Source: an uncultured Chloroflexia bacterium
Lineage (GTDB): Bacteria; Chloroflexota; Dormibacteria; Aeolococcales; Aeolococcaceae
Direction: 5' to 3'
Length of the DNA: 64,000 bases
Assembly (NCBI GenBank): GCA_963846365.1
Contig: CAWJVN010000008.1
Location: 120,072-184,071 of the forward strand
Numbering within the stretch: the first letter of the stretch is position 1; each line of letters begins with the position of its first letter. Positions 62,346-64,000 of the stretch are shown piece by piece. Position numbers and translations under genes: made by a program. The notes below the pieces were generated by a model. It saw only the letters and a list, made by a program, of their open reading frames with translations. It had not been told where the DNA came from and made no database searches.

Positions 62346-64000
62346 GTGCCCGAGATCTCCGGCTACGCGACGGTCGTCCCCGAGCTGCGCTCGATCCTCC
62401 CGAGGGACACCTTCACCTACTCGGTGGGCGCCGACCTCGACCTGAGCGCGGTGCCCGGGGCCCGGGTGCGGGTGCCCTTCGGCGAGCGGGAGGTGATCGG
62501 ACACGTCGTCGAGCGGGTCGCCACCACCGAGTTCGAGGCCCGGGCGATCCTCGAGGTGCTCGACGAGCCGCCGCCGCTGCTCCCCCACCTCGTGCTGCTG
62601 GGGCGGTGGGTCGCCGAGCGCTACCGGGCGCCGCTCGGAGAGGTGGTCAAGGCGATGCTCCCCACCGGGGTGCGGTCCGCCCGTCCCCGGGGGCGGAAGC
62701 GGGGGCCGCGGAGCACGTCCCGGGGCGCCCGGGAGGCCGCCGAGACCGGCGAGGCCGAGGTCGCGCCGCCGCTCACCGAGGCGCAGCGGCTCGCCGCCGC
62801 CCCCTTGCTGCTCGCCATCGCCGAGGGCCGCCACCACCGCCTGCTGCTCCGCGGGGTCACCGGCAGCGGCAAGACCGAGGTCTACCTCGCCGCCATCGCC
62901 GCCGCGCTCGCCGCCGGCCGCAGCGCCCTCGTGCTCGTGCCCGAGATCAGCCTCACCCCGCAGACCATCCGGCGCTTCGCCGCCCGCTTCCCGGGGCGGG
63001 TGGTGCTGATGCACTCCGGGCTCACCGACGCGGAGCGGGCGGCCACCTGGCGGCGGGTGCGCGAGGGCGGCGCCGACGTCGTTGTGGGCTCGCGGAGCGC
63101 CGTCTTCGCGCCCCTCTCCGGCCTCGGCGTGGTGGTGGTGGACGAGGAGGACGCCTCCGCCTACAAGCAGGACCGGGTGCCCCGCTACCACGCCGTCGAG
63201 ACCGCCCTCGAGCTCGGCCGGCTGTGCGGCGCGCCGGTGGTGCTGGGCTCGGCGACGCCGCGGCTGGAGACCTTCTTCCGCGCCCACGGTGGCGACCTCG
63301 AGCTCGCCACCCTTCCCGACCGCATCGCCGGGCGGACGCTGCCCCCGATCGAGGTGGTCGACCTGCGCGAGGAGCTGCGCGCCGGCAACCGCAGCCCGCT
63401 CTCGCAGTCGCTGGAGCGCGCGCTGGCGGAGTGCGCCGGGGCCGGGGGCCAGTCGATCCTCTTCCTCAACCGCCGCGGCACCGCCACCGTGATCGTCTGC
63501 CGCTCCTGCGGGGAGGCGCTGGGCTGCCCCAACTGCAGCGTCGCCCTGGTCTTCCACCAGGGCCGGGGGCTCTGCGCCTGCCACTACTGCGGCGCCTCCC
63601 GGCCGCCGCCCCGGGAATGCCCCGCCTGCGGCTCGCTCGCGATCCGGGCGCTCGGGATGGGCACCGAGCGGCTCGAGCGGGTGGTGGGCGAGCGCTTCCC
63701 GGGGCTGCGCCTGCTGCGGATGGACCGCGACACCGTGCAGCGCCGCGACACCTACTTCGAGATCTACGACACCTTCGCCCGGGGCGGCGCCGACTGCCTG
63801 ATCGGCACCCAGATGGTCACCAAGGGCTGGGACCTCGCCGGGGTGCGGCTGGTGGGGGTGGTCAACGCCGACACCGCCCTCCACCTCCCCGACTACCGGA
63901 GCGGCGAGGTGACGTTCTCGCTGCTCACCCAGGTGGCGGGGCGCGCCGGCCGGGGCGAGCACTCCGCGCGGGTGATCCTGCAGACCTACAGCCCCGGCCA
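62346..64000 (+). CDS. priA: Primosomal protein N' (partial, runs off window)
   Basis: Manual translation: TFTY..VRVPFG, GVTGSGKTEVY, LVPEISLTPQ, DEE..YKQ, GSATP, LNRRG, four CxxC, GTERLE, GTQMVTKG, QVAGRAGR. Confidence 0.95.
   Translation, partial: MPEISGYATVVPELRSILPRDTFTYSVGADLDLSAVPGARVRVPFGEREVIGHVVERVATTEFEARAILEVLDEPPPLLPHLVLLGRWVAERYRAPLGEVVKAMLPTGVRSARPRGRKRGPRSTSRGAREAAETGEAEVAPPLTEAQRLAAAPLLLAIAEGRHHRLLLRGVTGSGKTEVYLAAIAAALAAGRSALVLVPEISLTPQTIRRFAARFPGRVVLMHSGLTDAERAATWRRVREGGADVVVGSRSAVFAPLSGLGVVVVDEEDASAYKQDRVPRYHAVETALELGRLCGAPVVLGSATPRLETFFRAHGGDLELATLPDRIAGRTLPPIEVVDLREELRAGNRSPLSQSLERALAECAGAGGQSILFLNRRGTATVIVCRSCGEALGCPNCSVALVFHQGRGLCACHYCGASRPPPRECPACGSLAIRALGMGTERLERVVGERFPGLRLLRMDRDTVQRRDTYFEIYDTFARGGADCLIGTQMVTKGWDLAGVRLVGVVNADTALHLPDYRSGEVTFSLLTQVAGRAGRGEHSARVILQTYSPG

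Overview
Very GC-rich bacterial chromosome segment made mostly of core genes. Gene style and content suggest a monoderm soil bacterium such as Ca. Dormibacterota/Chloroflexota; this is inference only. It contains: an NrtR-pncB-pncA NAD salvage unit divergent from alkA; typA, htrA and lon; a trpD-trmK-zinc ribbon-rnhA operon; RNase P RNA (rnpB) divergent from a dcw cluster with MraZ boxes; ftsA-ftsZ-nrdR; a siroheme sulfite/nitrite reductase; and yggS-ileS-lspA-rluD-gmk-coaBC-priA. The dcw cluster has no murE at its usual position, carries an Mpl-like murC, and has ftsQ separated from ftsA by about 4.4 kb. I saw no transposase, integrase, phage or cas gene. The most unusual signals are non-coding: (1) a dispersed family of GATCT-punctuated tandem repeats, usually ending in a G6/C6 hairpin, at three loci, one forming a ~550-bp inverted-repeat element; (2) a candidate ~80-nt sRNA with its own promoter and terminator next to that element; (3) an in-frame 84-bp MIRU-like unit where murE would be; (4) widespread leaderless starts and candidate CTG starts; (5) several small proteins, with a shared GTGAC-N6-GTCAC palindrome upstream. 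Two single-base frameshifts (a cupin and nrdR) may be assembly errors. All calls come from reading motifs by eye; no database searches were run.
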